Translations under genes and position numbers: made by a program
Source of the DNA: Eledone cirrhosa
Lineage: Eukaryota
DNA: 64,000 bases
Direction: 5' to 3'
Assembly (NCBI GenBank): GCA_964016885.1
Contig: OZ024742.1
Span: 185,194,001 to 185,258,000 of the forward strand
Shown here: positions 35,346-46,899 of the stretch, piece by piece
Numbering within the stretch: position 1 is the stretch's first letter
How the letters are laid out: each line of letters opens with the position of its first letter
Notes under the pieces: generated by a model
What the model saw: the letters and a program-made list of their open reading frames with translations, nothing else
What the model was told of the DNA's origin: nothing
The model's database searches: none

Positions 35346-38300
35346 GGGGTAAGTTAAGTTTGGGTTAAGTTGGGGTTAAGTTAAGTTAGGGTTAAGTTAC
35401 GTTGGGGTTGAGTTAAGTTGGGGTTAATTTAAATTGGGGTTAAGTTAACTTTGTGGTTCAGTTAAGTTGGGGTTAAGTTAAGTTGGGGCTTATTTAAGTT
35501 GGGGTTAAGTTAAGTTGTGGTTAAGTTAAGTTGGGGTTAAGTTAAGTTGGGGTTAAGTTAAGTTGGGGTTAAGTTAAGTTGGGGTTAAATTAAGCTGGGT
35601 TGAAGTTAAGTTGGGGTTAAGTTAAGTTGGGGTTAAGTTAAGTTGGGGTTAAGTTAAGTTGGGGTTAAGTTAAGTCGGGGTTAAGTTAATTTGGGGTTCA
35701 GTTAAGTTGGGGTTAAGTTAAGTTGGGGCTTATTTAAGTTGGGGTTAAGTTAAGTTGTGGTTAAGTTAAGTTGGGGTTAAGTTAAGTCGGGGTTAAGTTA
35801 AGTCGGGGTTAAGTTATAATGTGGTTAAGTTAAGTTGGGGTTAAGTTAAGTTAGGGATAAGCTAAGTTGGCGTTAAGTTAAGTTGGGGTTAAGTTAAGTT
35901 GGGGTTAAGTTAAGTTGAGGTTAAGTTAAGTTGGGGTTAAATTCAGTTGGGGTTAACTTAAGTTGTGGTAAAGTTAAGTTGGGGTTAAGTTAAGTTGGGG
36001 TTAAGTTAAGTTGGGGTTCAGTTAAGTTGGGGTTAAGTTAAGTAGGGGTTCAGTTGGGGTTAAATTAAGTTGGGGTTAAGTTAAGTTGGGGTTAAGTTAA
36101 GTTGGGGTTAAGTTAAGTTGGGGTTAAGTTAAGTTGGGGTTAAGTTAAGTTGGGGTTGAGTTAAGTTGGGGTTAAGTTAAGTCGGGGTTAAGTTAAGTTG
36201 GGGTTAAGTTAAGTTGGGGTTAAGTTAAGTTGGGGTTAAGTTAAGTTGGGGTTGAGTTAAGTTGGGGTTAAGTTAAGTTGGGTTTAAGTTAAGTTGGGGT
36301 TAAGTTAAGTTGGGGTTAAGTTAAGGTGGGGTTAAGTTAAGTTGGGGTTAAGTTAAGTCGGGGTTAAGTTAAGTTGGGGTTAAGTTAAGTTGGGGTTAAG
36401 TTAAGTTGGGGTTAAGTTAAGTTCGGGTTAAGATAAGTTGGGGTTAAGTTAAGTTGGGGTTGAGTTAAGTTGGGGTTGAGTTAATTTGGGGTTAAGTTAA
36501 GTTGAGGTTAACTTAAGTTGGGGTTAAGTTAAGTTGGCGTTCAGTTAAGTTGCGGTTAAGTTAAGTTGGGGTTAACTTAAGTCGGGTTTAAGTTAAGTTG
36601 GGGTTAAGTTAAGTTGGGGTCAAGTTAAGTTGGGGTTAAGTTAAGTTGGGGTTAAGTTAAGTTGGGGTTAAGTTAAGTCGGGGTTAAGTTAAGTTGGGGT
36701 TAAGTTAAGTTGGGGTTAAGTTAAGTTGGGGTCAAGTTAAGTTGGGGTTAAGTTAAGTTGGGGTTAAGTTAAGTTGGGGTTAAGTTAAGTCGCGGTTAAG
36801 TTAAGTTGGGGTTAAGTTAAGATGGGGTTAAGTTAAGTTGTGGTTAAGTTAAGTTGGGGTTAAGATAAGTTGGGGTTAAGTTAAGTTGCGGTTGAGTTAA
36901 GTTGGGGTTGAGTTAATTGGGGTTAAGTTAAGTTGGGGTTAACTTAAGTTGGGTTTAAGTTAAGTTGGGGTTAAGTTAAGTTGGGGTTAAATTAAGTTGG
37001 GGTTATGATAAGTTGGGGTTAAGTTAAGTCGGGGTTAAGTTATGTCGGGGTTAAGTTAAGTTAGGGTTAAGTTAACTTGGTGTTAAGTTAAGTTGGGGTT
37101 CAGTTAAGTTGGGGTTGAGTTAAGTTGGGGGTCAAGTTAAGTTGGGGTTAAGCTAAGTTGGGGTTAAGTTAAGTTGGGGTTAAGTTAAGTTGGGGTTAAT
37201 TTAAGTTTTGGTTAAGTTAAGTTGGGGTTAACTTAAGTTGGGGTTAAGTTAAGTTGGCGTTCAGTTAAGTTGCGGTTAAGTTAAGTTGGGGTTAACTTAA
37301 GTCGGGGTTAAGTTAAGTTGGGGTTAAGTTAAGTTGGGGTCAAGTTAAGTTGGGGTTAAGTTAAGTTGGGGTTAAGTTAAGTTGGGGTTAAGTTAAGTCG
37401 GGGTTAAGTTAAGTTGGGGTTAAGTTAAGTTGGGGTTAAGTTAAGTTGGGGTCAAGTTAAGTTGGGGTTAAGTTAAGTTGGGGTTAAGTTAAGTTGGGGT
37501 TAAGTTAAGTCGCGGTTAGTTAAGTTGGGGTTAAGTTAAGATGGGGTTAAGTTAAGTTGTGGTTAAGTTAAGTTGGGATTAAGATAAGTTGGGGTTAAGT
37601 TAAGTTGCGGTTGAGTTAAGTTAGGTTTGAGTTAATTGGGGTTAAGTTAAGTTGGGGCTAAGTTAAGTTGGGGCTAAGTTAAGTTGGGGCTAAGTTAAGT
37701 TGGGGTTAAGTTAAGGTGGGGTTTAGTTAAGTTGGGGTTGAGTTAAGTTGGGGTTGAGTTAAGTTGGGGTTAAGTTAAGTTGGGGTTAAGTTAAGTTAGG
37801 GTTAACTTAAGTTGGGGTTAAGTTAAGTTTAGGTTAACTTAAGTTGGGGTTAAGTTAAGTTGGGGTTAAGTTAAGTTGGGGCTATGTTAAGTTGGGGCTA
37901 AGTTAAGTTGGGGCTAAGTTAAGTTGGGGTTAAGTTAAGGTGGGGTTTAGTTAAGTTGGGGTTGAGTTAAGTTGGGGTTGAGTTAAGTTAGGGTTAAGTT
38001 AAGTTGGGGTTAAGTTAAGTTAGGGTTAACTTAAGTTGGGGTTAAGTTAAGTTGGGGTTGAGTTAAGTTGGGGTTTAATTAAGTTGGGGTTGAGTTAAGT
38101 TGGGGTTGAGTTAAGTTGGGCTTGAGTTAAGTTGGGGTTGAGTTAAGTTGGGCTTATCTTAAGTTGGGGTTAATTTAAGATGGGGTTAAGTTAAGTTGGG
38201 GTTAAGTTAATTTGGGGTTAAGTTAAGTTGGGGTTAAGTTAAGTTGGGGTTATGTTAAGTTGGGGTTAAGTTAAGTTGAGGTTAACTTAAGTTGGGGTTA

Positions 38301-41300
38301 AGTTAAGTTGGGGTTAAGTTAAGTTGGGGCTAAGTTAAGTTGGGGCTAAGTTAAGTTGGGGTTAAGTTAAGTTGGGGTTAAGTTAAGTTGGGGTCAACTT
38401 AAGTTGGGGCTAAGTTAAGTTGGGGTTAAGTTAAGTTGGGGCTAAGTTAAGTTGGAGTTAATTTAAGTTGGGGTTAAATTAAGTTGGGGTCAACTTAAGT
38501 TGGGGTTAAGTTAAGTTGGGGTTAAGTTAATTTGGGGGTAAGTTAAGTTGGGGTTAAGTTAAGTTGGGGTTAAGTTAAGTTGGGGTTAAGTTAAGTTGGG
38601 GCTGAGTTAAATTGGGGCTGTGTTAAGTTGGGGTTAAGTTAAGTTGGGGTTAAGTTAAGTTGGGGTTAAGTTAAGTTGGGGTTAAGTTGGGGTTAAATTA
38701 AGTTGGGGTTAATTTAAGTTGGGGTTAAGTTAAGTTGGGTTTAGGTTAAGTTGGGGTTGAGTTAAGTTGGGGTTAAGTTAAGTTGGGGTTAATTTAAGTT
38801 GGGGTTAAGTTAAGTTGGGGCTGAGTTAAGTTGGGGTTAAGTTAAGTTGGGGTTGAGTTAAGTTGGGGTTAAGTTAAGTTGGAGTTAAGTTAAGTCGGGG
38901 TTAAGTTAAGTTGGGGTTAAGTTAAGTTGGGGTTAAGTTAAGTTGGGGTTAAGTTAAGTTGGGGTTAAGTTAAGTTGGGGTTAAGATAAGTTGGGGTTAA
39001 GTTAAGTTGGGGTTGAGTTAAGTTGGGGTTGAGTTAATTTGGGGTTAAGTTAAGTTGGGGTTAACTTAAGTTGGGGTTCAGTTAAGTTGGCGTTCAGTTA
39101 AGTTGCGGTGAAGTTAAGTTGGGGTTAACTTAAGTCGGGGTTAAGTTAAGTTGGGGTTAAGTTAAGTTGGGGTCAAGTTAAGTTGGGGTTAAGTTAAGTT
39201 GGGGTTATGTTAAGTTGGGGTTAAGTTAAGTTGGGGTTAAGTTAAGTCGGGGTTAAGTTAAGTTGGGGTTAAGTTAAGTTGGGGATAAGTTAAGTTGGGG
39301 TCAAGTTAAGTTGGGGTTAAGTTAAGTTGGAGTTAAGTTAAGTCGCGGTTAAGTTAAGTTGGGGTTAAGTTAAGATGGGGTTAAGTTAAGTTGGGGTTAA
39401 GTTAAGTTGGGGTTAAGATAAGTTGGGGTTAAGTTAAGTTGGGGTTGAGTTAAGTTGGGGTTGAGTTAATTGGGGTTAAGTTAAGTTGGGGTTAACTTAA
39501 GTTGGGTTTAAGTTAAGTTGGGGTTAAGTTAAGTTGGGGTTAAATTAAGTTGGGGTTAAGATAAGTTGGGGTTAAGTTAAGTCGGGGTTAAGTTAAGTCG
39601 GGGTTAAGTTAAGTTGGGGTTAAGTTAACTTGGTGTTAAGTTAAGTTGGGGCTCAGTTAAGTTGGGGTTGAGTTAAGTTGGGGTCAATTTAAGTTGGGAC
39701 TAAGCTAAGTTGGGGTTAAGTTAAGTTGGGGTTAAGTTAAGTTGGCGCTAAGTTTAGTGAAGGTTAAGTTAAGTTGGGGTTGAGTTAAGTTGGGGTTAAG
39801 TTAAGTTGGGGTTAAGTTAAGTTAGGGTTAAGTTAAGCTTGTGTTAAGTTAAGTTGGGGTTGAGTTAATTTGGGGTTGAGTTAAGTTGGGGTTGAGTTAA
39901 GTTGGGGTTGAGTTAAGTTGGGGTTAAGTTAAGTTGGGGTTAACTTAAGTTGGTGTTAAGTTAAGTTGGGGTCAATTTAAGTTGAGGTTAAGTTAACTTG
40001 GGATCAAGTTAAGTTGGGGTTAACTTAAATTGAGGTTAAGATAAGTTGGGGTTAAGTTAAGTTGGGGGTAAGTTAAGTTGGGGGTAAGTTAAGTTTGGGT
40101 TAAGTTGGGGTTAAGTTAAGTTAGGGTTAAGTTACGTTGGGGTTGAGTTAAGTTGGGGTTAATTTAAATTGGGGTTAAGTTAACTTTGTGGTTCAGTTAA
40201 GTTGGGGTTAAGTTAAGTTGGGGCTTATTTAAGTTGGGGTTAAGTTAAGTTGGGGTTAAGTTAAGTTGGGGTTAAGTTAAGTTGGGGTTAAGTTAAGTTG
40301 GGGTTAAATTAAGCTGGGTTGAAGTTAAGTTGGGGTTAAGTTAAGTTGGGGTTAAGTTAAGTTGGGGTTAAGTTAAGTTGGGGTTAAGTTAAGTCGGGGT
40401 TAAGTTAATTTGGGGTTCAGTTAAGTTGGGGTTAAGTTAAGTTGGGGCTTATTTAAGTTGGGGTTAAGTTAAGTTGTGGTTAAGTTAAGTTGGGGTTAAG
40501 TTAAGTCGGGGTTAAGTTAAGTCGGGGTTAAGTTAAGTTGTGGTTAAGTTAAGTTGGGGTTAAGTTAAGTTGGGGTTAAGTTAAGTTAGGGATAAGCTAA
40601 GTTGGCGTTAAGTTAAGTTGGGGTTAAGTTAAGTTGGGGTTAAGTTAAGTTGTGGTTAAGTTAAGTTGGGGCTGAGTTAAGTTGGGGTCAAGTTAAGTTG
40701 GGGTTGAGTTAAGTTGGGGTTAAGTTAACTTGGGGTTAATTTAAGTTGGGGTTAAGTCAAATTGGGTTTGAGTTAAGTTAGGGTTAAGTTAAGTTGGGGT
40801 TAAATTAAGCTGGGTTTAAGTTAAGTTGGGGTTAAGTTAAGTTGAGGTTAAGTTAAGTTGGGGTTAAATTCAGTTGGGGTTAAGTTAAGTTGGGGTTAAG
40901 TTAATTTGGGGATAAGTTAAGTTGAGTTTAAGTTAAGTTGGAGTTGATTTAAGTTGAGGTTAAGTTAAGTTGTGGTAAAGTTAAGTTGGGGTTAAGTTAA
41001 GTTGGGGTTAAGTTAAGTTGGGGGTAAGTTAAGTTTGGGTTAAGTTGGGGTTAAGTTAAGTTAGGGTTAAGTTACGTTGGGGTTGAGTTAAGTTGGGGTT
41101 AATTTAAATTGGGGTTAAGTTAACTTTGTGGTTCAGTTAAGTTGGGGTTAAGTTAAGTTGGGGCTTATTTAAGTTGGGGTTAAGTTAAGTTGTGGTTAAG
41201 TTAAGTTGGGGTTAAGTTAAGTTGGGGTTAAGTTAAGTTGGGGTTAAGTTAAGTTGGGGTTAAATTAAGCTGGGTTGAAGTTAAGTTGGGGTTAAGTTAA

Positions 41301-44300
41301 GTTGGGGTTAAGTTAAGTTGGGGTTAAGTTAAGTTGGGGTTAAGTTAAGTCGGGGTTAAGTTAATTTGGGGTTCAGTTAAGTTGGGGTTAAGTTAAGTTG
41401 GGGCTTATTTAAGTTGGGGTTAAGTTAAGTTGTGGTTAAGTTAAGTTGGGGTTAAGTTAAGTCGGGGTTAAGTTAAGTCGGGGTTAAGTTATAATGTGGT
41501 TAAGTTAAGTTGGGGTTAAGTTAAGTTAGGGATAAGCTAAGTTGGCGTTAAGTTAAGTTGGGGTTAAGTTAAGTTGGGGTTAAGTTAAGTTGAGGTTAAG
41601 TTAAGTTGGGGTTAAATTCAGTTGGGGTTAACTTAAGTTGTGGTAAAGTTAAGTTGGGGTTAAGTTAAGTTGGGGTTAAGTTAAGTTGGGGTTCAGTTAA
41701 GTTGGGGTTAAGTTAAGTAGGGGTTCAGTTGGGGTTAAATTAAGTTGGGGTTAAGTTAAGTTGGGGTTAAGTTAAGTTGGGGTTAAGTTAAGTTGGGGTT
41801 AAGTTAAGTTGGGGTTAAGTTAAGTTGGGGTTGAGTTAAGTTGGGGTTAAGTTAAGTCGGGGTTAAGTTAAGTTGGGGTTAAGTTAAGTTGGGGTTAAGT
41901 TAAGTTGGGGTTAAGTTAAGTTGGGGTTGAGTTAAGTTGGGGTTAAGTTAAGTTGGGTTTAAGTTAAGTTGGGGTTAAGTTAAGTTGGGGTTAAGTTAAG
42001 GTGGGGTTAAGTTAAGTTGGGGTTAAGTTAAGTCGGGGTTAAGTTAAGTTGGGGTTAAGTTAAGTTGGGGTTAAGTTAAGTTGGGGTTAAGTTAAGTTCG
42101 GGTTAAGATAAGTTGGGGTTAAGTTAAGTTGGGGTTGAGTTAAGTTGGGGTTGATTTAATTTGGGGTTAAGTTAAGTTGAGGTTAACTTAAGTTGGGGTT
42201 AAGTTAAGTTGGTGTTCAGTTAAGTTGCGGTTAAGTTAAGTTGGGGTTAACTTAAGTCGGGTTTAAGTTAAGTTGGGGTTAAGTTAAGTTGGGGTCAAGT
42301 TAAGTTGGGGTTAAGTTAAGTTGGGGTTAAGTTAAGTTGGGGTTAAGTTAAGTCGGGGTTAAGTTAAGTTGGGGTTAAGTTAAGTTGGGGTTAAGTTAAG
42401 TTGGGGTCAAGTTAAGTTGGGGTTAAGTTAAGTTGGGGTTAAGTTAAGTTGGGGTTAAGTTAAGTCGCGGTTAAGTTAAGTTGGGGTTAAGTTAAGATGG
42501 GGTTAAGTTAAGTTGTGGTTAAGTTAAGTTGGGGTTAAGATAAGTTGGGGTTAAGTTAAGTTGCGGTTGAGTTAAGTTGGGGTTGAGTTAATTGGGGTTA
42601 AGTTAAGTTGGGGTTAACTTAAGTTGGGTTTAAGTTAAGTTGGGGTTAAGTTAAGTTGGGGTTAAATTAAGTTGGGGTTATGATAAGTTGGGGTTAAGTT
42701 AAGTCGGGGTTAAGTTATGTCGGGGTTAAGTTAAGTTAGGGTTAAGTTAACTTGGTGTTAAGTTAAGTTGGGGTTCAGTTAAGTTGGGGTTGAGTTAAGT
42801 TGGGGGTCAAGTTAAGTTGGGGTTAAGCTAAGTTGGGGTTAAGTTAAGTTGGGGTTAAGTTAAGTTGGGGTTAATTTAAGTTTTGGTTAAGTTAAGTTGG
42901 GGTTAACTTAAGTTGGGGTTAAGTTAAGTTGGCGTTCAGTTAAGTTGCGGTTAAGTTAAGTTGGGGTTAACTTAAGTCGGGGTTAAGTTAAGTTGGGGTT
43001 AAGTTAAGTTGGGGTCAAGTTAAGTTGGGGTTAAGTTAAGTTGGGGTTAAGTTAAGTTGGGGTTAAGTTAAGTCGGGGTTAAGTTAAGTTGGGGTTAAGT
43101 TAAGTTGGGGTTAAGTTAAGTTGGGGTCAAGTTAAGTTGGGGTTAAGTTAAGTTGGGGTTAAGTTAAGTTGGGGTTAAGTTAAGTCGCGGTTAGTTAAGT
43201 TGGGGTTAAGTTAAGATGGGGTTAAGTTAAGTTGTGGTTAAGTTAAGTTGGGATTAAGATAAGTTGGGGTTAAGTTAAGTTGCGGTTGAGTTAAGTTAGG
43301 TTTGAGTTAATTGGGGTTAAGTTAAGTTGGGGCTAAGTTAAGTTGGGGCTAAGTTAAGTTGGGGCTAAGTTAAGTTGGGGTTAAGTTAAGGTGGGGTTTA
43401 GTTAAGTTGGGGTTGAGTTAAGTTGGGGTTGAGTTAAGTTGGGGTTAAGTTAAGTTGGGGTTAAGTTAAGTTAGGGTTAACTTAAGTTGGGGTTAAGTTA
43501 AGTTTAGGTTAACTTAAGTTGGGGTTAAGTTAAGTTGGGGTTAAGTTAAGTTGGGGCTATGTTAAGTTGGGGCTAAGTTAAGTTGGGGCTAAGTTAAGTT
43601 GGGGTTAAGTTAAGGTGGGGTTTAGTTAAGTTGGGGTTGAGTTAAGTTGGGGTTGAGTTAAGTTAGGGTTAAGTTAAGTTGGGGTTAAGTTAAGTTAGGG
43701 TTAACTTAAGTTGGGGTTAAGTTAAGTTGGGGTTGAGTTAAGTTGGGGTTTAATTAAGTTGGGGTTGAGTTAAGTTGGGGTTGAGTTAAGTTGGGCTTGA
43801 GTTAAGTTGGGGTTGAGTTAAGTTGGGCTTATCTTAAGTTGGGGTTAATTTAAGATGGGGTTAAGTTAAGTTGGGGTTAAGTTAATTTGGGGTTAAGTTA
43901 AGTTGGGGTTAAGTTAAGTTGGGGTTATGTTAAGTTGGGGTTAAGTTAAGTTGAGGTTAACTTAAGTTGGGGTTAAGTTAAGTTGGGGTTAAGTTAAGTT
44001 GGGGCTAAGTTAAGTTGGGGCTAAGTTAAGTTGGGGTTAAGTTAAGTTGGGGTTAAGTTAAGTTGGGGTCAACTTAAGTTGGGGCTAAGTTAAGTTGGGG
44101 TTAAGTTAAGTTGGGGCTAAGTTAAGTTGGAGTTAATTTAAGTTGGGGTTAAATTAAGTTGGGGTCAACTTAAGTTGGGGTTAAGTTAAGTTGGGGTTAA
44201 GTTAATTTGGGGGTAAGTTAAGTTGGGGTTAAGTTAAGTTGGGGTTAAGTTAAGTTGGGGTTAAGTTAAGTTGGGGCTGAGTTAAATTGGGGCTGTGTTA

Positions 44301-46760
44301 AGTTGGGGTTAAGTTAAGTTGGGGTTAAGTTAAGTTGGGGTTAAGTTAAGTTGGGGTTAAGTTGGGGTTAAATTAAGTTGGGGTTAATTTAAGTTGGGGT
44401 TAAGTTAAGTTGGGTTTAGGTTAAGTTGGGGTTGAGTTAAGTTGGGGTTAAGTTAAGTTGGGGTTAATTTAAGTTGGGGTTAAGTTAAGTTGGGGCTGAG
44501 TTAAGTTGGGGTTAAGTTAAGTTGGGGTTGAGTTAAGTTGGGGTTAAGTTAAGTTGGAGTTAAGTTAAGTCGGGGTTAAGTTAAGTTGGGGTTAAGTTAA
44601 GTTGGGGTTAAGTTAAGTTGGGGTTAAGTTAAGTTGGGGTTAAGTTAAGTTGGGGTTAAGATAAGTTGGGGTTAAGTTAAGTTGGGGTTGAGTTAAGTTG
44701 GGGTTGAGTTAATTTGGGGTTAAGTTAAGTTGGGGTTAACTTAAGTTGGGGTTCAGTTAAGTTGGCGTTCAGTTAAGTTGCGGTGAAGTTAAGTTGGGGT
44801 TAACTTAAGTCGGGGTTAAGTTAAGTTGGGGTTAAGTTAAGTTGGGGTCAAGTTAAGTTGGGGTTAAGTTAAGTTGGGGTTATGTTAAGTTGGGGTTAAG
44901 TTAAGTTGGGGTTAAGTTAAGTCGGGGTTAAGTTAAGTTGGGGTTAAGTTAAGTTGGGGATAAGTTAAGTTGGGGTCAAGTTAAGTTGGGGTTAAGTTAA
45001 GTTGGAGTTAAGTTAAGTCGCGGTTAAGTTAAGTTGGGGTTAAGTTAAGATGGGGTTAAGTTAAGTTGGGGTTAAGTTAAGTTGGGGTTAAGATAAGTTG
45101 GGGTTAAGTTAAGTTGGGGTTGAGTTAAGTTGGGGTTGAGTTAATTGGGGTTAAGTTAAGTTGGGGTTAACTTAAGTTGGGTTTAAGTTAAGTTGGGGTT
45201 AAGTTAAGTTGGGGTTAAATTAAGTTGGGGTTAAGATAAGTTGGGGTTAAGTTAAGTCGGGGTTAAGTTAAGTCGGGGTTAAGTTAAGTTGGGGTTAAGT
45301 TAACTTGGTGTTAAGTTAAGTTGGGGCTCAGTTAAGTTGGGGTTGAGTTAAGTTGGGGTCAATTTAAGTTGGGACTAAGCTAAGTTGGGGTTAAGTTAAG
45401 TTGGGGTTAAGTTAAGTTGGCGCTAAGTTTAGTGAAGGTTAAGTTAAGTTGGGGTTGAGTTAAGTTGGGGTTAAGTTAAGTTGGGGTTAAGTTAAGTTAG
45501 GGTTAAGTTAAGCTTGTGTTAAGTTAAGTTGGGGTTGAGTTAATTTGGGGTTGAGTTAAGTTGGGGTTGAGTTAAGTTGGGGTTGAGTTAAGTTGGGGTT
45601 AAGTTAAGTTGGGGTTAACTTAAGTTGGTGTTAAGTTAAGTTGGGGTCAATTTAAGTTGAGGTTAAGTTAACTTGGGATCAAGTTAAGTTGGGGTTAACT
45701 TAAATTGAGGTTAAGATAAGTTGGGGTTAAGTTAAGTTGGGGGTAAGTTAAGTTGGGGGTAAGTTAAGTTTGGGTTAAGTTGGGGTTAAGTTAAGTTAGG
45801 GTTAAGTTACGTTGGGGTTGAGTTAAGTTGGGGTTAATTTAAATTGGGGTTAAGTTAACTTTGTGGTTCAGTTAAGTTGGGGTTAAGTTAAGTTGGGGCT
45901 TATTTAAGTTGGGGTTAAGTTAAGTTGGGGTTAAGTTAAGTTGGGGTTAAGTTAAGTTGGGGTTAAGTTAAGTTGGGGTTAAATTAAGCTGGGTTGAAGT
46001 TAAGTTGGGGTTAAGTTAAGTTGGGGTTAAGTTAAGTTGGGGTTAAGTTAAGTTGGGGTTAAGTTAAGTCGGGGTTAAGTTAATTTGGGGTTCAGTTAAG
46101 TTGGGGTTAAGTTAAGTTGGGGCTTATTTAAGTTGGGGTTAAGTTAAGTTGTGGTTAAGTTAAGTTGGGGTTAAGTTAAGTCGGGGTTAAGTTAAGTCGG
46201 GGTTAAGTTAAGTTGTGGTTAAGTTAAGTTGGGGTTAAGTTAAGTTGGGGTTAAGTTAAGTTAGGGATAAGCTAAGTTGGCGTTAAGTTAAGTTGGGGTT
46301 AAGTTAAGTTGGGGTTAAGTTAAGTTGTGGTTAAGTTAAGTTGGGGCTGAGTTAAGTTGGGGTCAAGTTAAGTTGGGGTTGAGTTAAGTTGGGGTTAAGT
46401 TAACTTGGGGTTAATTTAAGTTGGGGTTAAGTCAAATTGGGTTTGAGTTAAGTTAGGGTTAAGTTAAGTTGGGGTTAAGTTAAGTTGGGGTTAAGTTAAG
46501 TTGGGGTTAAATTAAGCTGGGTTTAAGTTAAGTTGGGGTTAAGTTAAGTTGGGGTTAAGTTAAGTTGGGGTTAAGTTAAGTTGAGGTTAAGTTAAGTTGG
46601 GGTTAAATTCAGTTGGGGTTAAGTTAAGTTGGGGTTAAGTTAATTTGGGGATAAGTTAAGTTGAGTTTAAGTTAAGTTGGAGTTGATTTAAGTTGAGGTT
46701 AAGTTAAGTTGTGGTAAAGTTAAGTTGGGGTTAAGTTAAGTTGGGGTTAAGTTAAGTTGG
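35346..46760 (+). repeat. Tandem duplication of a 5,675 bp block (copies about 35346-41020 and 41021-46760)
   Basis: Private variants pair at +5675: ATAATGTGG 35816/41491, GGGATTAAGATAAG (A at 37578/43253), GCTATGTT 37881/43556, GCTTGTGTT 39837/45512, GGATCAAG 40001/45676. Confidence 0.92.
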
Positions 46761-46899
46761 GGTTCAGTTAAGTTGGGGTTAAGTTAAGTAGGGGTTCAGT
46801 TGGGGTTAAATTAAGTTGGGGTTAAGTTAAGTTGGGGTTAAGTTAAGTTGGGGTTAAGTTAAGTTGGGGTTGAGTTAAGTTGGGGTTAAGTTAAGTCGG

